NCBI GenBank assembly: GCA_937975855.1
Contig: CALJTT010000003.1
Coordinates: forward strand, 26,901 to 90,900
DNA length: 64,000 bases
DNA from: Minisyncoccota bacterium
GTDB taxonomy: Bacteria > Patescibacteriota > Minisyncoccia > Phycocordibacterales > UBA918
Direction of reading: 5' to 3'
Shown piece after piece: positions 8,623 to 16,560 of the stretch. Numbering within the stretch: the first letter of the stretch is position 1; every line of letters starts with the position of its first letter. The notes beneath the pieces were generated by a model. The model worked only from the letters and a program-made list of their open reading frames with translations. It was not told the origin of the DNA and did no database searches. Both the position numbers and the translations under genes were made by a program.

Positions 8623-8650
8623 ATGATAGCATTTATTTAAAATTTGTCAA
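8623..8650 (-). promoter_or_regulatory. Promoter TTGACA-16 nt-TGCTATCAT, 8 nt upstream of sortase ATG 8614 (leaderless candidate)
   Basis: Minus-strand TTGACA = 8650-8645 and TGCTATCAT = 8631-8623. The -35 region is an inverted copy of the one at 8720. Confidence 0.5.
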
Positions 8651-8719
8651 TACTATATTAGTGATACTATTCTGCTTAGTAGAACGTCAATATAAAGTGA
8701 ACACGAGACCTAAATATTA

Positions 8720-8747
8720 TTGACAAATTTGTAATGAATGTTAATAT
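8720..8747 (+). promoter_or_regulatory. Promoter TTGACA-16 nt-TAATAT (with TGT extension), 9 nt upstream of ATG 8757
   Basis: TTGACA at 8720-8725 and TGTTAATAT at 8739-8747. Divergent partner of the sortase promoter. Confidence 0.5.
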
Positions 8748-8756
8748 CGCAAAATT

Positions 8757-9797
8757 ATGAACAACAACACTTCACCCGAAAAGAAAGGTTCGATTATGAA
8801 AACACTGGCTGTGGCCGGATTTATCGGCATATTGATGCTGGTAGCATGGCTTTCTGTGCAACTAGTACATCTATTCCCTTCAGCTGTAACATCGCTCGCC
8901 TCCCTGGCAGACGGAGTAAACCAATATCCTGGAAACATCACCGAGGGTGACACAGAACCGCTTCCTTTGAACATCACCAGCGACACGTCACTGCTCGCCT
9001 CAGGTGAAGCGCTAACACTTAAGTGGAACAAAGTGCAGAGCGCCGGCGAATACATCTTTGCGTACGAATGTGTTGAGGGTGTTTCGGTATCACACCAGTC
9101 TGCACTAGGTAACCGGGCAATCGATTGTGCAACAAACTACAATATAGGACCAGTCGATACTCTAACCATGAACGTAGAGTCAGAAAAAAATCGCTACTCT
9201 GACCTGGCTTACACAGTCTCTTTCTTACACGCTGGCGAAGCAGCTCCTAGAGCAGCTGGAAAAAATACAGTGACTATTGTAAATACCGACGTAGTAAGTG
9301 ACCAGTTTGCTTTCTCACCCGAAGTTGTCGAGGTAGAACCAGAAGTGGCACCTGTTGCTGAACCAGCGGTAACACCCGAACCAGCTACACCACAAGAAAC
9401 AGTAGCCGAGGTAGTAACTACACCTGTTACTCCAACAGTAGTTGTCGACCCATACACCGACCTTACAACTTCATTTATGAGTGTGGGTGAAATCATCAAC
9501 AATCAGTTCGTGCCTGGACCAGTCAGTACTAAAAATGCTGGAGCGGTTCAGTTTGCGGTCAAGAACATCGGTACAGAAACTTCTGGTGGTTGGACCTACA
9601 GCATTTCTCTACCTAATGACAATACGTACGTATCCCCCATCCAAACACAGCTAGTGCCCGGAGAGCGAGCAATTATTTCAATTGGCTTCCCTGCCAGTGG
9701 TCGTAATTCTCACGTATTTTCAGTAGCTGCTGCAGAAGCTGGCGACACAGAACTAACAAATAACACATTCCGACAAACGGTGGCATTTGTAAACTAG
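8757..9797 (+). CDS. N-terminally anchored surface protein with a CARDB-like C-terminal domain
   Basis: TM segment KTLAVAGFIGILMLVAWLSV. C-terminal segment AVQFAVKNIGTETSGGWTYSISLP...ERAIISIGF...TELTNNTFRQTV resembles CARDB/Ig-like folds. An alternative start at ATG 8796 is preceded by GAAAGG. Confidence 0.65.
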   Translation: MNNNTSPEKKGSIMKTLAVAGFIGILMLVAWLSVQLVHLFPSAVTSLASLADGVNQYPGNITEGDTEPLPLNITSDTSLLASGEALTLKWNKVQSAGEYIFAYECVEGVSVSHQSALGNRAIDCATNYNIGPVDTLTMNVESEKNRYSDLAYTVSFLHAGEAAPRAAGKNTVTIVNTDVVSDQFAFSPEVVEVEPEVAPVAEPAVTPEPATPQETVAEVVTTPVTPTVVVDPYTDLTTSFMSVGEIINNQFVPGPVSTKNAGAVQFAVKNIGTETSGGWTYSISLPNDNTYVSPIQTQLVPGERAIISIGFPASGRNSHVFSVAAAEAGDTELTNNTFRQTVAFVN

Positions 9798-9814
9798 TGA
9801 TCAAGAAAGGAAAC

Positions 9815-9847
9815 AAAAAAATCGCGCCCTAAGGCGCGATTTTTTAA
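9815..9847. terminator. Bidirectional terminator between the CARDB-like gene and gyrB
   Basis: AAAAAAA-TCGCGCC-CTAA-GGCGCGA-TTTTTT. Confidence 0.8.
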
Positions 9848-9848
9848 T

Positions 9849-11948
9849 TTAAATATCCAAGGTTGCAGTCTTTGCGTTGTTTTGAATAAACGATTTTCTA
9901 CTTGGCACATCTGTACCCATCAGAATGTCGAAAACTTTATCAGCCGCGAGAGCATCGTCAATCGTTACCTGTTTTAAGATACGATTATTGATATCCATTG
10001 TTGTTTCACCGAGCTCTTCAGCGTTCATTTCTCCCAGACCTTTATATCGCTGGATACGAACCTTGCTAGTTTTCTTAGTGGCGGTTTCTTCGACCTCTTC
10101 GGCCGCTTCATCTTCTGCGCCGCCATCTTCATCTACAACTTCGGCGTCCATATCTTCGCTTACTTCTTCCCCCATATCTTTAAGGACTTCAAATTTTTCT
10201 TCCTCGGTATAAGCGTAGCGAGTTTCTTTTCCTTTCTGAATCTTGTACAAAGGAGGCATAGCAATGTATACGTATCCCTCATCAATCAATGATCGGAAGT
10301 AACGGAAGAAAAGTGTCAGGAGCAAAGTTCGAATGTGCGCACCGTCGACGTCCGCGTCAGTCGCGATGATGATCTTGTGATAGCGCAGCTTCGACACGTC
10401 GAACACGTCGCCGATAGCGGTCCCAAGCGCGATCACCAGATTCTTGATCTGTTCACTAGCGAGCATCTTGTCGATGCGCGCTCGTTCGACGTTGAGAATT
10501 TTTCCTCGCAATGGAAGAATCGCTTGTGTCTTACGGTCTCGCCCCATCTTGGCTGAACCTCCCGCCGAGTCCCCCTCTACAATAAACAGCTCCGAGTCTT
10601 CTGCTCTCTTGCTCTGACAGTCAGCCAGCTTGCCGGGCAGCGACATACCCTCCAGTGCACCCTTACGCAACACGCTGTCTTTTGCAGCTTTGGCTGCCTT
10701 ACGTGCCTTTACCGCCAGGATAACCTTATTGATCATTGCCTTAGCGTCATCAGGATGTTCCTCGAGGAACGTGGCGAAAGCTTCTGAAAAAACACTCTCA
10801 GTTGCGCCGCGAGCCTCGACTGAACCAAGCTTAGCTTTGGTCTGACCTTCGAACTGAATCTCTGGCATCTTTACCGACACTACGGCGGTGATTCCCTCTA
10901 GAACATCATCACCAGTAAAACTAGCGTCTTTTTCTTTAACCGAGAAGAAATTTCCTTTCTTCGCATAAGCATTGAGCGTTCGTGTAAGTGCCGTCTTGAA
11001 TCCAGTAATGTGCGTCCCGTGTTCAGGGTTATAAATATTGTTCGCAAAGGCTGTAATGCGCGGCGAGATATCGTCGACATACTGCAAGGCAATTTCAACC
11101 GTCAGAACCTCCGGGCTCACGTCGTGCTTTTCTACGTAAAAAATATTCTTGTGGATCGGCTTTTGGTAGCTGTTGTTAAACGCAACCAATGAACGCAGTC
11201 CACCCTCAAAGTAAAACGTCTCGTGCGGCACCGGCAAGTGTCGATCAGAAATGTAAACCGTGTCCTCGAGTGACTTTGGATCAAGCTTCTCTTCGCTGTC
11301 GCGAGCATCGATCACAGTCAGGTTCATTCCCTTTACTAGGTACGCCTGTTGCCTGAGATGATTCACAATCTTCTTCCATTCGAACTTGATCTCAGGGAAA
11401 ATCGTCGGGTCAGCCTGAAAAATAACAGTCGTACCGTTGTGCTTGGTTTTGCCAAGCTTCTTTACTTTAGCTTTAGCAATACCGATGTTGTATTCCTGCA
11501 TGTAGTGATCACCTCCCTTGTGAACGTCGACGCGAGTATGTGTCGACAAAGCGTTCACTACTGAGATTCCTACTCCATGAAGTCCACCGGACACTTTGTA
11601 TCCAGATTCGTCCCCACCGAATTTTCCACCGGCGTGCAGTGTACACATGATAGTTTCAAGCGCTGAAACTTTAGTCTGCTTGTGAATGTCGACCGGAATA
11701 CCTCGTCCGTTATCGACTACGCGAATGTGATTGTCAGGCAAAAGCGCCACCTCAACTCGGTTCGCAAAACCACCCATCGCCTCGTCACGAGAGTTATCAA
11801 AAATCTCCCAGATCATATGATGCAGACCCTCGGGACCGGTCGTCCCGATGTACATACCTGGCCGCTTTCGAACCGGCTCGAGCCCTTCTAGGACCGAGAT
11901 AGCCGAAGCGTCGTAGCTTTTATTTTTACTGTCTTTTTTTGCTGCCAT
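9849..11948 (-). CDS. gyrB: DNA gyrase subunit B
   Basis: LEGLEPVRKRPGMYIG, HGVGISVVNALS, EGDSAGGSAK, PLRGKILNVE and a TOPRIM DxD (TDADVDGAHI). Acidic insertion near the C-terminus. Start at ATG 11948 (MAAKKDSK...). Confidence 0.95.
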   Translation of the reverse strand: MAAKKDSKNKSYDASAISVLEGLEPVRKRPGMYIGTTGPEGLHHMIWEIFDNSRDEAMGGFANRVEVALLPDNHIRVVDNGRGIPVDIHKQTKVSALETIMCTLHAGGKFGGDESGYKVSGGLHGVGISVVNALSTHTRVDVHKGGDHYMQEYNIGIAKAKVKKLGKTKHNGTTVIFQADPTIFPEIKFEWKKIVNHLRQQAYLVKGMNLTVIDARDSEEKLDPKSLEDTVYISDRHLPVPHETFYFEGGLRSLVAFNNSYQKPIHKNIFYVEKHDVSPEVLTVEIALQYVDDISPRITAFANNIYNPEHGTHITGFKTALTRTLNAYAKKGNFFSVKEKDASFTGDDVLEGITAVVSVKMPEIQFEGQTKAKLGSVEARGATESVFSEAFATFLEEHPDDAKAMINKVILAVKARKAAKAAKDSVLRKGALEGMSLPGKLADCQSKRAEDSELFIVEGDSAGGSAKMGRDRKTQAILPLRGKILNVERARIDKMLASEQIKNLVIALGTAIGDVFDVSKLRYHKIIIATDADVDGAHIRTLLLTLFFRYFRSLIDEGYVYIAMPPLYKIQKGKETRYAYTEEEKFEVLKDMGEEVSEDMDAEVVDEDGGAEDEAAEEVEETATKKTSKVRIQRYKGLGEMNAEELGETTMDINNRILKQVTIDDALAADKVFDILMGTDVPSRKSFIQNNAKTATLDI

Positions 11949-11979
11949 GCGGAAGTGAGTATAATGAAATAACACTTAC

Positions 11980-12009
11980 ATTATAGCATTATTTTAACAA
12001 CAGAAGTAA
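11980..12009 (-). promoter_or_regulatory. Candidate gyrB promoter TTACTT-18 nt-TGCTATAAT
   Basis: Minus-strand TATAAT = 11985-11980 with TGC extension; TTACTT = 12009-12004. A second TATACT (11963-11958) lies 9 nt from the ATG. Confidence 0.4.
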
Positions 12010-12029
12010 TCCGAGCTTTATTTAAAAAC

Positions 12030-12656
12030 CTATTTGACAATTCTCTGTATCGAAAATTGAAAACCATCCTCTTTGCAAATCTCCCAGTCAGGCAAAAAGG
12101 TACGAAGATGTCTTTTGAACAAACGAGCGCGTGCCAGTCGATTACGGTCTTGAGGTGATTTGTCAGATAGTTCGTAACTATCTCCAAAAAGATCATAATA
12201 TCGATCAAAAATCTCACCCCCAGGGAATTCTTCTATTAAGGATTCTCTACTCATCTCATTGTTTTTATGCGACAATATTTTATCAACACAATCTTCAACC
12301 TCGGAAGCACGATGACCATCGTCCGAGGGGGTTATTTCGACAACTTTTAGCAAGTCACCATGTTGACTAACACCTTCCTGAAGCAGGATAGTAATAGAAT
12401 CACCAATTTGTTTAATACTGTTCTGATCCAAGCCAACAACGCCCACATCGTACTCTTCGGTTTCGTAATGGAGCACAAAAGTTCCTTCACCCAATCCTCC
12501 GAGAGTTTCAAGTTTAAATACAAAGTGCAATCCTGCGATAGTCCTATAGAGATGAATATCTTCACCATTTTCACATACTATCTCATAACTACCAGCTTCT
12601 GATATAGAGAGAGATTCGTCGCCTGAATTTACTCTATGAAATTTATCAAGATTCAT
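12030..12656 (-). CDS. Hypothetical cytoplasmic acidic protein (orphan)
   Basis: 208-aa ORF with no signal peptide and no motif I recognise. Somewhat AT-richer than its neighbours. Inserted between gyrB and pheT. Confidence 0.55.
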   Translation of the reverse strand: MNLDKFHRVNSGDESLSISEAGSYEIVCENGEDIHLYRTIAGLHFVFKLETLGGLGEGTFVLHYETEEYDVGVVGLDQNSIKQIGDSITILLQEGVSQHGDLLKVVEITPSDDGHRASEVEDCVDKILSHKNNEMSRESLIEEFPGGEIFDRYYDLFGDSYELSDKSPQDRNRLARARLFKRHLRTFLPDWEICKEDGFQFSIQRIVK

Positions 12657-12680
12657 ATTTGTATTATTAATTACAACAAC

Positions 12681-14627
12681 TTATCGCACCTCCCACCCGA
12701 GCTCACTTGCAGCCTGGTTTACGCGATCCATGATTGTGTTCACCTCGCTGTCGGTGAGCGTTTTTGCGTGTGATTGGAATACTAGACGGAACGCGTACGA
12801 AGTTCGACCTTCTTTCTCGAACTCGTCGAACAGGTCGAGGCGAACGCACAATTCGCTGGCTTCGGTTTTAATTGTTTCTGCGACTTGTTCGGTCGTGATT
12901 TCACTTTGCACCCACAAGGCGATGTCGCGGGCGACGGCTGGATATGGTGATACGGGTCGGTAGGTCTTGTCTTCGCTTTTTACAAATGGCTCGTAGGCGC
13001 TTGGCGTCTCCAGGCTTTCAATCGTCTCGTCAAAGTTTACTTCAGCCACGCCCTTTTCAATATTCCAGTCAATGTCTTTACCAAGCGTCTCTGCGACCGC
13101 AGCTAGCGCCGCCTGCAGCGTCGCGTCGTCCTTTGGTGTGTAGCCACTCCCCTTACTGCGCACACCAACACACAGCGACATGTGCTCACCAACATTTTCT
13201 TCACCAGCCTCAAACACCGTACCGATTTCAAAAATCTTAATAATAGGCATGCCCAACAAATCACCATGGGCGTAGTTTGCGTCGAGAGCGGCGTTCATGT
13301 TTTTACTCAGTCCACTACGGACGTATGATTTGTCGCTGGCCAGGGCGTTCTGCAACTGGATCTTGTCTTTCTTTTGAAAGCTCGAGGTTACCACTTCAGA
13401 CAAACCGACTTTCAACAAAGTCTGACGAACCGCCTCGCTGTAGTATTGTCGTTTGTTGACCACCGCCGCAGACGACGTGTCTGGAGCGACTGACGTAATG
13501 TTGTCGAGTCCATGCAAGCGTCCAATCTCTTCGATGAAATCTACTTCGATATTTAAATCTGTCCGTTCAAAAGGACCAACAGCTGTGAACGTTCCGTTTT
13601 TGTCCAGTGAGTCAGCCTCGAGAGACGCGCCAAGCAACAGGCAGTACGCGACCATTTCTTCTTTCGTCAGGGCGAGTCCGAGCAGCGCATTAGCGCGTTC
13701 CGGATTCACCTTCACCGCTGGGTTCGGTTTGGTTTCGTGGTACTGGTCGATTGTGCCGACACACTCGCCGCCGGCGATGTCTTTGATTAGTTTGATGATT
13801 TCGTACTGACCAAATGGCGGCAGTTCGCGCGAACATTCGTTCTCGAATCGTTTCGACGCGTCGATGACGATACCCAGTCGACGAGCCGTCTTGCGCGTGA
13901 CCGTCGGGTCAAAGTGCGCCGCCTCGATAATGATGTTCGTGCTGCCTGCATGCACGCCTGCGAACTGTCCACCCTTTACACCAGCCAGGCCAATCGGTGT
14001 GTTTGATGATTCGTCTACAATCAAAAGTTCCGTTCCTTTACATTCGACAATACGCTCTTCGTCTTTCCCGCCTTCGGCCAACAAGCTGACAGTCTCGCCT
14101 TCTTCACCGAACCTGACACCGAACTGCCATTTACCATCTACCTGCGGGAACAGATCCGCGTCGTAAGCGTGCAGCGGCTGTCCGATTGCGTACATCACAT
14201 AGTTTGTCGCGTCGACGATATTGTTGATACTGCGCTGCCCCAGTGACTCAAGTCTCTCCTTCAACCATCCAGGAGACTCTTTGACTTTTATTCCTGTAAT
14301 GAGCGACGCCGTGAATCGCGGACAAGCTGCAGTGTCTGCGATGTTGACCTGGATCTTGTCTGTAGTGTCCAGGCTCGGTGGCGCTGCCAGCGGGTCATAG
14401 TGCAGGCCGACACCAAGGATCGTCGCGATCTCGCGCGCGATTCCTCGGTGACACAAACAGTCCGAAGAGCGGTTCGGTAATACGTCTACATCAATCACAG
14501 TATGTTCCCCCACTTGCTCAACTCCTTCTATTTCAAAAGCGTGCGCAGTTAATAGCGCGTCGACTTCAGCCGTCTCCGGCATTGCCTCACCCACATAGTC
14601 TTTCAGCCAGTTGTAGTTTACTTTCAT
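12681..14627 (-). CDS. pheT: Phenylalanyl-tRNA synthetase beta subunit (short form, OB-fold B2 domain missing)
   Basis: N-terminus MKVNYNWLKDYV, B3/4 and B5 segments, C-terminal FDEFEKEGRTSYAFRLVFQS. 648 aa versus about 795 in E. coli. Confidence 0.9.
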   Translation of the reverse strand: MKVNYNWLKDYVGEAMPETAEVDALLTAHAFEIEGVEQVGEHTVIDVDVLPNRSSDCLCHRGIAREIATILGVGLHYDPLAAPPSLDTTDKIQVNIADTAACPRFTASLITGIKVKESPGWLKERLESLGQRSINNIVDATNYVMYAIGQPLHAYDADLFPQVDGKWQFGVRFGEEGETVSLLAEGGKDEERIVECKGTELLIVDESSNTPIGLAGVKGGQFAGVHAGSTNIIIEAAHFDPTVTRKTARRLGIVIDASKRFENECSRELPPFGQYEIIKLIKDIAGGECVGTIDQYHETKPNPAVKVNPERANALLGLALTKEEMVAYCLLLGASLEADSLDKNGTFTAVGPFERTDLNIEVDFIEEIGRLHGLDNITSVAPDTSSAAVVNKRQYYSEAVRQTLLKVGLSEVVTSSFQKKDKIQLQNALASDKSYVRSGLSKNMNAALDANYAHGDLLGMPIIKIFEIGTVFEAGEENVGEHMSLCVGVRSKGSGYTPKDDATLQAALAAVAETLGKDIDWNIEKGVAEVNFDETIESLETPSAYEPFVKSEDKTYRPVSPYPAVARDIALWVQSEITTEQVAETIKTEASELCVRLDLFDEFEKEGRTSYAFRLVFQSHAKTLTDSEVNTIMDRVNQAASELGWEVR

Positions 14628-14639
14628 ATCAAATATTAT

Positions 14640-15362
14640 CTAAAACTGATTAACAAACCGCAGGTCGCCGGTGTAGTAGTCGCGGATATCTTCGATTCCG
14701 TATTTCATCACTCCCAAGCGATCAATTCCCATTCCAAATGCGTAGCCAGTGAACTCGTTGGCATCGACACCACTGTTTGTGAGCACGTTTGGATGTACCA
14801 TGCCCGCTCCCATAACTTCGATCCATTTGCCGACATGGCGACTCTCGCCCTCGAGCAGGCGCATGTCCACCTCGACTCCTGGCTCAACAAACGGAAAGAA
14901 GCTGGGGCGAAACCGCACCTCCGTCTTGCCGTCAAAAAACTTTGAAAAGAAGTGTTCAAGCGTACCCTTCAGGTGACCAAGATGTACTCCTTTACCAACA
15001 TGCAGTCCTTCCAGTTGATAGAACTGCGCCTCGTGCGTCGCGTCGGTAGCTTCGTTGCGAAAGACCTTGCCTGGAACGATGATTTTGCATGGCGCGCCGT
15101 TCTCTTCCATATAGCGTGCCTGCACTGGGCTGGTTTGAGTACGCAAAACTGTGGGCTCACTCACGTCCTTTCCTTTGAACCAAAATGTGTCCTGCATGTC
15201 TCTGCTGGGATGGTCTTTAGGGACATTCAGTTGGTCGAAGTTGTAGTGTTCGGTTTCAGCCTCTGGCCCTTCTGCAAAGACAAAGCCGATCTCGGCAAAG
15301 ATACTGTTGATTTCTGAGATCATCTGCGTCAGCGGATGCTGGTGTCCGGGTGTTTCTTTCAT
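14640..15362 (-). CDS. pheS: Phenylalanyl-tRNA synthetase alpha subunit (catalytic core only)
   Basis: HPLTQMISEI..., FRPSFFPFVEPGVEVD (motif 2), GMGIDRLGVMKYG (motif 3). 240 aa, so it lacks the N-terminal coiled-coil arm. Confidence 0.9.
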   Translation of the reverse strand: MKETPGHQHPLTQMISEINSIFAEIGFVFAEGPEAETEHYNFDQLNVPKDHPSRDMQDTFWFKGKDVSEPTVLRTQTSPVQARYMEENGAPCKIIVPGKVFRNEATDATHEAQFYQLEGLHVGKGVHLGHLKGTLEHFFSKFFDGKTEVRFRPSFFPFVEPGVEVDMRLLEGESRHVGKWIEVMGAGMVHPNVLTNSGVDANEFTGYAFGMGIDRLGVMKYGIEDIRDYYTGDLRFVNQF

Positions 15363-15385
15363 GAAGTTTCTAGTGTAGCACGGGG

Positions 15386-16555
15386 TTAATTTTCTTCAAT
15401 TTCTGTTATTAATTCAAAATAATATCCATCACGCTTGATGTAAATGATGTCGTTTTGCATTACGACTGTAAAGTCTTGCCCAGGCAAAAGTTCTTGAGTG
15501 TTCTGCCAAGCGCGGTCGTCGATTTCTGTCACGTATAAACCATTCTCGAGATGAAGCAAAACCAGGTCGGCCGACCCTGGAAAAAAATCGTAATAGTAGA
15601 CGTCTTGCTGCAAGTGATCGAGTTTGATGCTGGTGCGGCAAGTTCTGTCGTCCAAGGTAAACAAAGCAGACGAGGTAGACGTGGTCGCTAGGTCGAGAGA
15701 GATCTGCTGCGCGATGTGCGAACCGTAGCGCTCGCTGGTGCTGGCGATACTTGAACTACTAACGCAGAAGTAATACGGCACGTCACTCTCGCTCCCCTGC
15801 CACTGTGCGTACAATTCCCAGCCGAGGTCGACCAGTCTCACATCACCTTGTTCAAACCTGGGTGCGGTCGTGGTTGACGTTGTTGCGGCGTCACCTGACA
15901 GTGTCGGTTTAGCAAATTGAAAGCGCGCCTCTGGTTCATTGTCCGCAAAGACCGACACAACGTCCGCGGTCGAACTGGCAAATATAGCCTGAACAAAAGC
16001 GTACTCGGGGTTTAGTTCAAGTTGTGTGATGTCCGTACTGGTCGAAAAGAGTGCCAGTTCAGTACTAGTAGCATTTTTAAATATAGAGGCTTCGGCGCCT
16101 GTTGTTGCCACAAAATAAACAGCCACGCCAGCATCGTTTTGATACCGGGTAATGGGGCGAAGTCTGGGTGTAACAGGCACGTTAAACGCCGAGACTTCTG
16201 TAACAATGTAAGGGTCGACCGGCAATTCTTTGACCCAAGTATGCAGGCCGGCCGACTGTACGACAATCCGATGCTGCCCAATAGCAGTGTTCTGCAAGTA
16301 GTACGCGCTTTGGAACAGACGCGGTCGGTCGTACTGCTCTTCGTCTATATAAACTTCGACGTCGGTATTTTCAGTATCAATATAGATACCGCCGGTCGTG
16401 ACAATGCTGGTTTCATCATTCTCAAAACTAAGTCGATAGCCAGTTGTATAGAAAATAACTGCTGGCAGCGCACACACAAAAATCAACACCAGCACCCAAA
16501 AAAACCGCGAGCGCCGTTGTTGAGTCAAACCTTTAATCTGTGGTTCTTCGGGCAT
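15386..16555 (-). CDS. Membrane-anchored PEGA-like domain protein
   Basis: N-terminal TM (FFWVLVLIFVCALPAVIFYTTG), followed by GGIYIDTENTDVEVYIDEE...GQHRIVVQSAGLHTWVKELPV, a PEGA-like beta-sandwich pattern. Confidence 0.5.
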   Translation of the reverse strand: MPEEPQIKGLTQQRRSRFFWVLVLIFVCALPAVIFYTTGYRLSFENDETSIVTTGGIYIDTENTDVEVYIDEEQYDRPRLFQSAYYLQNTAIGQHRIVVQSAGLHTWVKELPVDPYIVTEVSAFNVPVTPRLRPITRYQNDAGVAVYFVATTGAEASIFKNATSTELALFSTSTDITQLELNPEYAFVQAIFASSTADVVSVFADNEPEARFQFAKPTLSGDAATTSTTTAPRFEQGDVRLVDLGWELYAQWQGSESDVPYYFCVSSSSIASTSERYGSHIAQQISLDLATTSTSSALFTLDDRTCRTSIKLDHLQQDVYYYDFFPGSADLVLLHLENGLYVTEIDDRAWQNTQELLPGQDFTVVMQNDIIYIKRDGYYFELITEIEEN

Positions 16556-16560
16556 AGTTA

